Source of the DNA: Guillardia theta CCMP2712
Lineage: Eukaryota > Protista > Cryptophyta
DNA: 47,378 nucleotides
Direction of reading: 5' to 3'
Assembly (NCBI RefSeq): GCF_000315625.1
Contig: NW_005434424.1
Span: forward strand, 1 to 47,378
Shown piece after piece: positions 1-16,660 of this stretch. The position numbers and the translations under genes are program-made. Each line of letters starts with the position of its first letter. Position 1 is the stretch's first letter. The notes beneath the pieces were generated by a model that had not been told where the DNA came from, did no database searches, and saw only the letters and a program-made list of their open reading frames with translations.

Positions 1-2
1 GC

Positions 3-30
3 TGATGATGATGAGTGATGATGATGATGA

Positions 31-62
<32 letters not shown>

Positions 63-93
63 CGATGATGATGATGATGATGATGATGATGAC

Positions 94-140
<47 letters not shown>

Positions 141-211
141 CGATGATAACGATGATGATGATGATGATGATAACGATGATGATGATGATGATGATGATTG
201 AGATGATGATG
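3..211. repeat. (GAT)n microsatellite, probably intronic in the minus-strand gene
   Basis: Near-pure GAT/GAC repeats. The poly-Met ORF at 5..247 is an artefact of this repeat. Confidence 0.95.
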
Positions 212-274
212 AGCAAGAGGAGGACGAAGAAATGTGGAGGAAGGTAAGGGGGAAGGGGAGGGAAAACTTCATAC

Positions 275-5284
<5,010 letters not shown>

Positions 5285-5458
5285 GTCCCCCATCCATGGG
5301 GCTGTTTAGAGGAGAACTCATCGAACTTCATAGAGGGGCTGTCTTTTCCTCCATCCTCATCTGTCTCTGCGCGCTATCCCTCCATCTCCCTCCTCTCCTC
5401 CCCGTGTGAACCATCAAGGGCGCATCTTGACCCTCATACTGCACAACTTTCTTCCCAG

Positions 5459-5496
5459 CCTTTACTCAAAGTTAAGTTAAAAATCAGTACGAGGAC
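5459..5496 (+). repeat. Dispersed TTACTCAAAG element, copy A, with a partial second copy at 5631..5649
   Basis: CCTTTACTCAAAGTTAAGTTAAAAATCAGTACGAGGAC, matching the copies at 16661 (+) and 39532..39569 (-). Confidence 0.9.
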
Positions 5497-5840
5497 TTTC
5501 TTCACTTGGGCCCAGTTCGGGCCGGGCCCGGATCGGACCGGCGGTACGAGCCCGGCCGGTTCCCGGACCACCAGGCCCCCGGGCGAGTCACCGAGGCTCA
5601 GGGCTCACGAGACCTTGCTTTACTTTAAGGTTTACTCAAAGTTAAGTTACTTTACTACTCACAGGTGACCGGCCCGGAGTGAGGAGTCCCCCCGGTACTT
5701 GCGCTGAGTAAAGTCGGGGGCCGGCCGGGCCTGAGCCTGTCGGAACCCGCCGGAGCCGGGGAGAGACTCCGCCCGCCTTGTTGCGCGAACGTTCCGACTG
5801 CCTTATGGCGGGATCTAGACTGAGAGCTGTAAAATTCATC

Positions 5841-5924
5841 TGGGGTGTAAGCCGGAGTCGAACCCCGGTGTCTCTATGGGATTTCGGAACAAGTCAGCGA
5901 CACCACCCCTGAGGACACGGACTC
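5841..5924 (-). ncRNA. tRNA-like sequence (pseudo-tRNA or SINE head)
   Basis: Minus strand reads GAGTCCGTGTCCTCAGGGGTGGTGTC...GACACCGGGGTTCGACTCCGGCTTACACCCCA. It has a B-box (GGTTCGACTCC), a weak A-box, GGGGTG/CACCCC and GTGTC/GACAC stems, and TTTT 6 nt downstream. No canonical cloverleaf or anticodon arm. Confidence 0.4.
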
Positions 5925-6787
5925 AGAGGCCGAGAGGTTTACCCTTTACGTATGTGTGTGCGTTGAATTTTGTGTGAGGACCCCAGTGGGATTATGTAGT
6001 CTTTTCACTAGTCATATAGGGGTACTTACAATACATGGACTGTGCAACACCTGGACATCCAGATACAGTGGTAAACATAACATCACAGTTACAACATATT
6101 ATAACAAGAAGTCGGACTCTAAAACACATTTACTTGGCTAAAAATATTTCTACATTCAAGTTACGGGCGAAGAGGGTGAACGCGAAGAAAATTGAAACGA
6201 TAAGGCGTGTTTTGGTAGAAATACAGAGGATGAAGCGATTCAGCCCCGGAGGAAAACCTCTTATCCCAAGAGGTTATTCAACCAAGGGGGTGCGGAAGAA
6301 TTTCTCCAGGAATCACCCAGTAGGGTGGGGTAAATTGACACTATCTTGTACGGGTGATTAAGAATATGATGGTTGTAGTTTGGGGTAGGGTAGTTGAAAA
6401 GAGAATCTCTATGGTATCCCTGAGGATTGGTTGGTCACATGGGCATATCCGTGTTTTAAATATGATTTACTTTTCAAAAATTGTTTTTGCATATAAAGTT
6501 CAGCCAGAGAAGGGTGGGTGGTAGATTCCACTGACCTTCCGTGGGTCAGAAGACCTGCAGGGTAAAGGGATCCTCGTTTTTGTTTATGATCAAATATATA
6601 AGATACACTGACTATGCTATATGGGGTTTCGGAATTCTTATACCCCTCACGATGTCCAGGGTGAGATAGACATACAAGGGGTGGGGGGGGAATGGGGAAC
6701 AAAGAGCATATCACTGAACTTGCGGCGAGCGAGTGATACCGCAGTTGCTGTTCGAGGTCCAAGAGCAGGAGGAGGCTCAAGGCCACG

Positions 6788-9700
6788 ATGGCGCAGGATG
6801 CGTACGATCAGCTCGGCATCGACAACATCTCCTCGGATGAAGACGAGCTTGAGTTCACGGCAGGCTCTTGGTTTGCTTCCTCCAACATCGCTGGCTCGAA
6901 CGGAAAACACAAGCACTGTTCTGCTGAGGATGACTCTTGCCACAAAGTGCTCCCGAGCCAGGGACTTTGGATGTGCGAGGAGGAAAGGAAAATGATCTAC
7001 GGTTGTCCGCCGAGGGAGAAGCAGTTGAAAGCTCTGATCCACTCGCTGTACCTTCTCGGAGACGAGAGTTCGAAGAAAGATCTGATCAGCGCGACCGGAG
7101 AGGCGCTCATTCTCTAGACTTCTTGCCTCATCGACCATGAATGACGAGTAGTTTTGTGATGCTTGTCCCGTAAAATATTTAATTTACATCGTCTTGTTTG
7201 ATTTACATTATGAAGTTTTCGTTTTTTTCGCTGTGATTGGACATAGCCTCGGAATTGCACCATCCGTTCTCCAACATCCCGGTTGCAACCCAACATCGCA
7301 AACACCCTACACCAAGAAGTTTGTTTCCACTGCAAGCCTTGTCTGCACCAGACTTTCCCAAAACAACATTGTGCTCTGGGCGCACATGAGATGTCACGAG
7401 GAGGGAGGACGTTCACTCTCTTACCTTGAGCCTATGAAGAAGAAGAGTCTCTTGCACAGTCAACGTCTGCATGCCTCTCTTGTGCTGCATGTCATGTGTG
7501 AGCTCCTCCAGTAGAACAATTGCAGGAGTTGGGAAACAGACCTGACTCAAAAGGTCCAGGATGGAGAATAAGGCTCCGGCCTTCATCATCGCCTGCCTAC
7601 CTAACATGGCAAAATCTTCAGGCACCAGTGGTAACCTCATACATGTCACAACGACCCCGTTACCTTTTCTGGTCAACAGCATCGTTTCTAAGATTCTCAG
7701 AATATGTATTCTAGACAAGAATGGTTCATCCCTGTTGTTATTGTTGATCCAAACCGAAACCTGGCAAGGTGTCGTCAGATGGTATCACGGTCGCAGCATC
7801 AAGTTCAACTTGGAATGGATTGGCGAAGCTCAACAGAATTGAGGCGTCTAACCGTGAAATTTGCTCAAGAGCTGCTCTTGTCTTGATCAAGTCACTCTGA
7901 CAGATTGTGTAGATGATCTCCACGATGAATCTCATTGTGATTGTGAGCCCAGAGCCCAGTCATTTCATGCAGCACCAACTCACCTGATGCACAGCCACTC
8001 ATTCTGCCTCCGAAGACACGTCGTCATGATATCCAGCACACTCTAAGAGCGCGTCAATCTGTACAATGATGATCTGACTTGTAACGCGCTCACCAAGTCA
8101 ATCAACGCTTTGGTCGATTTGCTGGTCATGGTGAAAAGTCCGAGTAGCCGCACACTGACGTAGCTCAACTGGCAGCATGTGAATGCAAGTAGAATCCGTG
8201 CAGTCATGGAGATACAGCATGTTGGATCTGACAGAGTTCGAGCAATGGCTGTAGGAAGTCTTGCTCCGCTATTTGGTCAAGGCGGTCCTGTTAGATCTTC
8301 AATTGAGGTGGACCAAGAGGTGGGAAGTGGAAATCACCTGGAAGTCGTTGAAATGCTTTAGTCCGCAGAGATCGAAATGAATCTTCACTGTAAAAGACAA
8401 TTTCTCGGCTGTAGACAGATCGTTGTTCTCTAGAACTGCAGCAGAACGGTCGAGAAATAGAATCAGGTGACAACGAAGCATCTCCGTACAAAACCGACCC
8501 GTTCCAAGTTGCTTTGCAGTCATGCACCGTATCTTCCCAGCAGCAAACTTGCTGAAATGTGGGAGCGTATCAAAATCTGCCCTGGTGAGGTTGGCAAAGG
8601 GTAAGATCCTTGAGATGCTTCCATCTCCTGTTGATCCATCCATCAGGTCAACACTGAGCAAGGAGGCTGCGGACATACTCGCTCTGCTCCTTGGAGGGAA
8701 GAAATCCCTTCTCTTGGGCGTGTTTTCAGAATCAATGCTCGCAGAGCTCGCTGTTGAGATACGATCATACATGGGAAGGCTCTAAAAGTGACAACCTCTT
8801 CTCATCACCGCTCAACTCCTATCACAGCTTGAGCAGCAGGTTCTTCACGGCATATCCTGGCAGTCACTCAGGAGAAGAGGCCTTCGAGATCAGGTCTATT
8901 GGTTGCTTGAAAAAGTAGAGAGTACTTGTGATATCAGCAAATCGTCACATCCTGTCTATGTGATGTCTCAGCTGCCTCCCTCCTTCACTTGTCTTTTAAA
9001 TTAAATTTCTGACACAGCAATCGTGTCTGCTCAGCTGAAAGAAAAGATACAATAAAACGATGTAAGTTGATCCAACACATCTGATCGTTTCATCTACCTC
9101 CAACACCTCACACAGCCTCTCCCCCTCGCCCTCCCCTCCATCTCTCTTCTACTCCTGTCGGAACTCGCTCCTACCGTTGTTTGGCCCACCCCCACCCCAC
9201 AAACTCTGTTGTGACCCCCTCTTCGAACTGTAAGTACCCCACAACAATACAGTCACTACCCACCTCCGATCCATCACCCTACCCCGCATGTGCACTTTGG
9301 GAGAGTCCCCGTAGCTCGTCGGTCGGTCAAATGGGACATGGAGGGAGGGAGGGAGGGGAGGGGAGAGGAGAGGAGCAGGCGGATGAGGTTGAAGAAGGAA
9401 AGTTGCAAAGACATGAAAGCAGAGCTTGCTTGACGGGTTATGCAGAACATGATAGCAGTTTCACATCATAAGATTTACAGAATTCCACTCAAACTTCAAT
9501 GTGCCATCTTCGTACTTTTTTGCTGTAAAGGCTCTTGGGGAACGGGGCAGGAAACGGATAGACACCGGTAATGCACATTAGCAGTCTTTGCAAGAAAAAC
9601 CAAAATCATAACTGTTAAAGCTCCGCTGTGTTGCAAATGACTGTAACTATCGACCATATCAACCGCCTGTATCGCATCAGATTGTACGGAAACCATGAAC

Positions 9701-11238
9701 AACTTTTTCATGGACTCTCTGAAATTTTTGAGGTCCTCAAAGCTAACAGATGCCGCATCGAATTGATCCTGGAAGCAATGCTGTACTGCACTGTTCAAGA
9801 GTGTATGGGTTGCAATGCTTCAAAAGATCACAGCATGTTGGTGCAATGCAGGGAGCTTTCAAGTGCGATTCTGGCATTCATGACCGTCCGAGGTGATGAG
9901 TCGTTCCTTGCAGTCGTCAGAAACCTTCCTAACACCTTCGAGATGTTTTTTGCGTCATCTGGTAAGTCGTGATGGTGATAGGAAGAAACTCGATTCTTCC
10001 AGCAGTGACTATTATACCAAGGTGAGTGCTCTGTACAAACGAGGGTATTTGTGGGCAACACCCTGCGGCTTCTGATGAGGAGAGGAGATCACAAGGCTGC
10101 GATGAGACTGGCACACGCTGCAAACTTTGACGTCATCATGCGAGACAGCCTGGACAGCTTTGTGAGGGAAGAAAAACAAATCTGGGGCTCGCTGCTAGCT
10201 GACGTCATACTGCACTGCGGTGATTGTGTGCGAGCTGACAACAGACGTGCTGATCCTGCCCTGACAGAATCAAACGCCGCATGGAAACTTGATTGCTCCA
10301 TCTCCTTCATTCTGCGGAGATGCCAAGGATGGCAGTCCTCCTTCGATCCCGCTGAGCATCTCGTGCTGCTGTGGTGCATCAGCAGGCTGGCAAGGGCAGA
10401 CGGAGGGAGAGAACGTCTCCTTCAAGGCAAGGTGCAGAGCATCTTGTGGGAGGTGTATCGGAAGGGAACATACATCAGCAGACATGAGGTTTGAAACGGA
10501 ATGCGTCGTCTGTTATGACGGGGTTGCAGGAGCGCAACGATGACGAGTCCGTGCGGGCTACTCAAAGCTTGCTGGCATTGGCGCTGCTCCGTCTCACCGA
10601 CGGGCGACTGTCCTTGAGCATGGTTTCATACGTCCTCTCGTCCCTCCTGCTGGAGTGCGTCGAATCGAACAAGCTCTCCGCCTCCTTCGGGCTCGTGGAA
10701 GTTCATTTGTGGGAGGTGTTGGACTGCTTGCACCGATGTTGCTTGCAGCAGGCAGACTTGAACGCGGCTGGGGTGGATGAGATAGCGAAGCTGTTGTTCC
10801 TCAGGCTCCCTGAAAGATTCCGAGAGATCCTGGAGGTGGAGGAGCGAGGAGACGACCTCCTCCATGTCCACAACGTCATGCAGAGATGGAGCGATGCGCT
10901 GGTCTGCGGGCGGGCGACTATGCGATGGTTCCTGCAGAAGGGCAAGTGTGACCTGCCGATCGGTAGGTCGACCTGGTTGAAGTGACTGGGGCTGAGCTGT
11001 GCTGGCAGGAAGCGAATCGGCGATGAGGAAGATTGAAAGCTGTGCTGCCGTGTTGGAGGGAAAGGAGAAGGAGGTGGAGGAGCTCATTGGCGAGTACGTC
11101 AAGGTAGTGCAGGGGGAGCTTGAGTCCACTGCGCTGTTGGAGGGATCGAGGAGGCCTGAAGAGCATGACAAGGGGACGAGCCCGGAACGAGAGCGAGCGA
11201 TGATGCAGCTCCTTGAGGATAGGATCGAGAGCGCGTAG
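6788..11238 (+). CDS. Large multi-exon alpha-helical (ARM/HEAT-like) hypothetical protein
   Basis: Successive Leu-rich coding blocks on + (6788.., ~8520-8770, ~9630-9960, ~10050-10490, ~10530-10960, ~11010-11238) separated by short GT-AG introns, ending ...MQLLEDRIESA*. No family motif recognised and the 5' exons are uncertain. Confidence 0.55.
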
Positions 11239-11802
11239 GGAGGGGGGGGCGGGGGGGGGCTGGACGTGTAAGACCAGCAAGTCGATCAAGAACAGCCTTG
11301 CAACCTCATGAATCGCCCACAGCCTTGAGCGACGCTCTGTCGGACGTCCCTCACTTGGTCTGCTGCAGGTGGATCGTCAGCTGGGATGCCTGGAAGATCC
11401 GCTGCTACCTCCTCAGCAGCTCTCCCCTAATCCCTATGCGGCCCCACCCACAAACTCGATCCTCCTAGCATGTCCTTTTGGTCTTAGAGCCGTAATAGAA
11501 AAATCACAGGGGGTGGGGGTCAGGGAGTCGAAGGGGAAAAGGGGGAGGGATTCCGGGGGGGAGGAGGATGGCAACGAGGGTGAGATAGGCGAGGAGGACA
11601 GGAGGACATGGGGCACAAGTGCGGGTCAGGAGCACGAGCATGCGAGGTAACAGATGACCTGCCGCTCCTCTTCCCCCTGCTCCTGCTCCGCTCCTCCCCC
11701 TGCCCCTGCCGCTCCTCCTGCACCTGCCCCTGCTCCTCCCCCTCCCCCTCCTCCTGCTCCTGCTCCTGCTCCTCCTGCTCCTCCCCGCATAGGGCTCAAG
11801 GC

Positions 11803-13316
11803 ATGAGGAAGGTGTGGGAGCTTTGGACCACAGCCATTCTCAACTCCTTGTCCAACTTTCTCGTCCTTCCCGCCATCAGGATAGCGCATCGTCAGGTACC
11901 CGCCAGATCCTCTCAGTCTTCTTCCTCTTCAGCTCCCTTGAGCAATCCTGTTTCGCAGGGCCTCCGCTTCGAGACGGTACCATGGAATTCCGTGTAGTGA
12001 GGGAGCAGGCGGATGCGTCTGACACTTCCATGCTATGTGCTGGTAGATGTTTGCGATCTTCGGCCTCATCTCTTCCAGCCTGTAATTTCTCTCCTGCACC
12101 TGCTCTCCTTTTACCGTCCTTGCAGCTATCACTTCTGCGAACCTCTGGGTATCAGAGTCCTTAACATGAACGACGGGTGCCTTGTGCCATGGCAGCTCAA
12201 CCTTTGTGATGGACCCTCCTGCAGGCAGTGGCACCGGCTGGACAACGTGGCGGCCATCATGTGCTTCGTCAACCTCTTCGTCTACTTGTCAGATTTCCGG
12301 TCGGAGATTTCCGTTTCCTGCCTTGTGCGTGCATGCTTCTCGTAGTGACAGGCAGGCAGGGAGGAATGGCACGGCGAGTACCTCAAGTACTTCATGCTGG
12401 GGCTCACACTGATTTTGCAAGTGAGCTGTGCACCTGTTCCCTTCCTCCTCCTCCTCCTCCTCCTCCTCCTCCTCCTCCTCCTCCTCCTCCTCCTCCTCCT
12501 CCTCCTCCTCCTCCTCCACTTGATCCTCCTCCTCCTCCTCCTCCACTTGATCCTCCTCCTCCTCCTCCTCCCCTTGATCCTCCTCCTCCTCCTCCTCCTC
12601 TTGATCCTCCTCCTCCTCTTGATCCTCCTCCTCCTCCTCCTCCTCCTCCTCCTCTTGATCCTCCTCCTCTTAGTCCTCCTCCTCCTCTTAGTCCTCCTCC
12701 TCCTCCTCCTCCTGGTCGTCATGGCATGCTCAGGAGAGCGGTCCTTGGGAGCTCAAGAACACTCTGGTGCCGATCCTAATCGCCGCATGCTTTCCATTCC
12801 TGAGGTACATCCTGGCACGGAAGAAACCAGACTATGATTGGAGGTGCGAGTTGAGAGCGGGCGGGCGTGTGTGGCGTTGTGACCTGCGGCGAGCAGGAAC
12901 TTCTACCTAGGATGGGGCCTGATGGGGGTTGCGGTGAGAGGAGGGAGGTAGGGGGATGCGGATGCTGACTAAGACTGCAGTTTGTCTTCTTCGTCAACGG
13001 GTAACTCCGACGGGCCTCGGCTTACCCTCCCTCCCTGATGCACTTCACTTAGGTTGGATGACGAGCATGACTACCTGCGATGTTACCACACGGGATGGCA
13101 TGTGCGTCGATCGATCTTTCCTCTCCCCTTTTCCTCGCCCCCCCTCCCCCTTCCTCTCTCACTCTTCCCCTCCCCTCCCCCTCTCCCCCCCTCTCCCTCC
13201 CCCGTCCCCTCCCCTATCAGATCCATGTGACTGGCTGCTAGGTGATGGTATCAGCCTCGTCCTACAGCCTGTGGCAGATTGTCCTGAGCCATCGATACAA
13301 ACTTCACCTCACGTGA
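11803..13316 (+). CDS. TMEM8/myomaker-like (DUF3522, CREST superfamily) multi-pass membrane protein, ~210 aa, 11 exons
   Basis: All GT-AG junctions splice in frame: MRKVWELWTTAILNSLSNFLVLPAIRIAHRQ|GLRFET|MFAIFGLISSSL|YHFCEPLGIRVLNMNDG|QWHRLDNVAAIMCFVNLFVYLSDFR|EEWHGEYLKYFMLGLTLILQ|ESGPWELKNTLVPILIAACFPFLRYILARKKPDYDWR|NFYLGWGLMGVA|FVFFVNG|LDDEHDYLRCYHTGWH|VMVSASSYSLWQIVLSHRYKLHLT*. The CREST SxxxH, D and HxxxH motifs are present. Confidence 0.85.
12441..12713. repeat. (CCT)n microsatellite with CTTGAT/CTTAGT interruptions, intronic
   Basis: Lies between exons 6 and 7 of the TMEM8-like gene. Confidence 0.95.
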
Positions 13317-13569
13317 AGCTCTGCAACGAGACCTGCCCGGACTCTGCCCTTCGCGTCAGCTCTCACCTGTCCATGGCGCAATTTGCTATCCATTCTGTTA
13401 CCGTCGTGCTGTGGCAGCCGATGCAACTAGTCCCACAAGAACATTGAGCTGTACAGGCACGCAAGATATGCGCATGCGAATAACAACTGTATATTCTTAC
13501 AACAAACATCGGCTCGCATCTGCTTCTCCCCTCCCACGCTTGCCCGACGTCTTCGCGCGGCCTTGATTT

Positions 13570-14448
13570 CTACCTCTGCCCCCCCAGCTCCAGCCACTCG
13601 TAGATGTCGCCCGACGCAACCCCCAAAGAGATGCCCACGTCATCTATGGGGCCCTCGGCCGTGCTGACGAGGCTGACGAGCTTATCGAAGATGTCCGCAA
13701 ACAAGAACATCTTGGCCGGCAGCGACGTGGCATCAACTCCTCCCGCCCTCTTCGAACGCGAGCGAAGAGGTTCGATCCCGGAGGATGCGAACAAAACGTC
13801 GAGCTGCTCCTCGCTCGGCTTCGAGCACTCTCCATCCTGTAGGCCGAAGATGCTCTCGAATTCTGCTGTGTTGAGATTGAAGAACAAGGCGTTGATCGAC
13901 GGGATTTCCACCCCTTCCGAGTAGAGGACGTTGAACTCTATGGAGAACGGCATCTTCCCTGATCCGATCTCAAAGCTCGCTGTCACGCTCCTTATCGTTT
14001 GATTGTAATCTGGGTTGGAGAACTGCTCCTGATTGCTCTCCACCAGCGTGATGGCTATGTCTCCTCCCTCTGTCTCGACGTTGCCGCTCTGGGACAAGAG
14101 GGAGACCTCGTCGGTGCCGTCGATGTCGATCACATCCTCCAAGGGCATCTCATCCTGGTCTAGCAGATGACTGCTATGATTCTCCATCCTAAGTTTCAGC
14201 GCTCGCTGAAGATCCTCGATCCTCGCGGATATCCCCTCGAGCTCCCCCGTGTCCGCCGCGTGAATACATTCCAGTGCCTTGTTGTACCAGTCCATCCTGT
14301 TGCCCAGAGCAGGGGGCTTTCCTGCAGACTGTTGGCCTTTGCTTTTCCTCTTGGTTGTAGTCTTGCTGTGTCCTCTCTGAGCAGAGCCGCTCTCCTCCTC
14401 TTCCCTCGCTCCCAGCTCGTCCTCTCTCCGCCTCTTCGTCTCCGCCAT
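13570..14448 (-). CDS. Intronless 292-aa hypothetical protein with basic N-terminus, short coiled coil and acidic alpha/beta C-terminal part
   Basis: Uninterrupted ATG-to-stop ORF of normal complexity, with a GC-rich island just upstream (14510-14610). Confidence 0.75.
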   Translation of the reverse strand: MAETKRRREDELGAREEEESGSAQRGHSKTTTKRKSKGQQSAGKPPALGNRMDWYNKALECIHAADTGELEGISARIEDLQRALKLRMENHSSHLLDQDEMPLEDVIDIDGTDEVSLLSQSGNVETEGGDIAITLVESNQEQFSNPDYNQTIRSVTASFEIGSGKMPFSIEFNVLYSEGVEIPSINALFFNLNTAEFESIFGLQDGECSKPSEEQLDVLFASSGIEPLRSRSKRAGGVDATSLPAKMFLFADIFDKLVSLVSTAEGPIDDVGISLGVASGDIYEWLELGGQR

Positions 14449-14639
14449 AGAAATCCTTCCCCCTTATGCCCCTCATCCCCCTCATGCCCCTCATTCCCGT
14501 CATCAGCTGTTCCGGCGACTCCGGCGATCGCCAGCCTTGCCGCAGTCACTGAGTGCCGGCCACGGTCCGAGTGTTCCGATGACTCAGTGAGTTGAGCGGC
14601 CGGGACCATTCGTTCAGCGAGGATCAGCTGACGGAATAC

Positions 14640-16200
14640 AAGTTTGTTAGACTTGTACTAGTCCAAAGTCACGCAGATATCACATCGACCTTAGTTGTAA
14701 CAAGACAGTTTTGCTCAAGACCGAGTTTAATGCACACGAAACCAGAATTGAGGAGCACATGAGAGATAGACTGTATGCTAGGATGTGAAACCCAAGCATC
14801 CAGACATGAGAGGACCTTAGCAAGACGGCTAGGAAAGCCCCCTCTTCGTCCACACACGCTACATTGGCCGCCTCGCGAACACGTAAGTCGTATTGGTTTA
14901 CAGGAGAGTTTTTGTTAACTCGGCGCTATCTGACTGGCACGGCTGGCATACGTTCCATCATCAGCCGAAGACGATTCGATCGGAGCCCTACGGTATTCAA
15001 GCTTGTACAGCTTGGGGCGGTGAAGACAAGACTCTTGAAAGGAGATCGGAGGCCCGCCTTTCCCGGACGGTGCCTCCAGGCCCGGCCGCTGAAACTTGGA
15101 AGTAGAGTCGAGGAGAAGCAAGTCCAAGAATCGAGCAGAGACAGGAGGAGCCTACCGTGATATATCAGTTCTTGCCCTTCCGGCTCATTTTCTCTTGCTT
15201 TCCACATTTTTTTGCTGTCATACATCTAGCTGAACTTTCTCTCTCTGCCTACATTTCTAGCTCGATCTCATCTCATGCAACAAGACTGAGTCTTCCCATT
15301 TCTCCTCTCCCAGTCGACCATGATAGAAATATCGCTGCAAAAGAAAAGCTCAATGTGGGGAAGTCTTCAGCACTGAAATGAAAGACTCGAAGCAGATGGT
15401 TGGATCTTGCAACCAGCTTCGAGTCTGCTCAGTCTAGTCATTGTTAGCTTGGGGGACGAAGTCAAGTTAAGCAGATCTCGAGTAGTTGTGGGAGTCCCCC
15501 CCCCCCCCCAAAAAAAAGAAGAATGGATGAACAAGTATGCGGATGAGAAACAAGAGGATCTCGACTCGCAAACAACCCCAGGAGATGATGCGAGAAGATA
15601 AGACACAAGAGCTTATCTCTCGTGATATCAAGTGTGAATAGTGATGACAAGGCCGCCAGAGCCTAAAACAGAATGACGTTTACTCGAAATCAATCTGTGA
15701 GAGAGACACTGCATGTCCTCGTTCCATACAAGACTCATCTTAGCTAGAACTGACAGAGTGCAGCTCGCTTTCAGGAGCGACGGTTTGTGGAGGCGGTGGC
15801 ACAACGAACCCTCCTTCGCACGTGACCGTACCAGTCTCAGCATTTGAATGGCAGGTGAGCAAGACGTCTGGAATCGTCTCTGTCAAGGAGGAGAAGCGAA
15901 GGGCCTGAGCTTGACGCAAATCGGAGAAGGCACGAATGTCAGCGAACATCTAAGGCAAAGAGTCATTCCGAGCTTAAGGTACAAAACACGGCATGATCAG
16001 TATTTGCTCTGTCACTATGCAAAGCTTCAAGTCACCTTCCACTCCTCACTCAAGAGAGTCTTCAAACAGCCTCTTCTGGACTCTAACACAAGCCTTGTCT
16101 ACTCCGTCTTCATCGTTGATGCGATCGGATCTGGCCTGGGCCTCTCATGCTCTACCCTGATCCTTGCATACCATCCTGATTCCTTTGCTCGCCACCCTTC
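14640..16200. other. Probable unresolved gene region
   Basis: Coding-like composition with scattered splice-like signals between two intergenic islands. No consistent reading frame or strand could be assembled. Confidence 0.25.
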
Positions 16201-16340
16201 CCGATCCGCTCCTCTCCCCGTGTATATATATTGGAGCGGACCACCCCACCACAAGTACGAACAGCACTACTGAAGTACCCCACCATGCTCTCGACAAGGG
16301 TTTGACTGGGAACGGACGGGGCTCAAGAGACATCTCATAC

Positions 16341-16554
16341 TACCCCCACCTCCCTCTCAAAGTTAATCATGCATCGGGGGAGCCATCATAAGTACCCACC
16401 TGGACCCGGTGTGGTACTACCCCCTATCACCGTTGACAGCAGGCTAGCAGTCACCCCCAGTGAGGTGGGTGGGGTGGAGTAGCGGCTGCAAGAGACAGTG
16501 ACTACGTAGTGATACCTCGGAGAAATAGTTAACTTTGAGAGAGAGGTGGGGGTA
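16341..16554. mobile_element. MITE-like element with 26-bp inverted ends (TA at each end)
   Basis: Left end 16341-16366 TACCCCCACCTCCCTCTCAAAGTTAA and right end 16529-16554 (reverse complement TACCCCCACCTCTCTCTCAAAGTTAA) match at 25/26 positions, around a 162-bp non-coding core. Confidence 0.7.
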
Positions 16555-16660
16555 CTCTTGAGCCCCGTCCGTCCCCTGTCAAACCCTGGTCGAGACCACC
16601 GTGGGGTCACCACCCGGTAGTACTCGAACTTGCCTGCACCCGGCCGGGTCACTCCCGGAA

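Noticed and set aside
5-247. Poly-Met ORF, and similar poly-L/P/R/S/H/I ORFs at 1105, 1591, 12228-12837, 19772-20291, 22110-22792, 28921-29313 and 45536-46921
   Set aside because: These are translations of intronic microsatellites or of the N gap, not proteins.
11608-11646. MGHKCGSGARACE as first coding exon of the TMEM8-like gene
   Set aside because: Its phase does not match the acceptor at 11792. The compatible frame has no ATG in that exon, so it is treated as probable 5' UTR.
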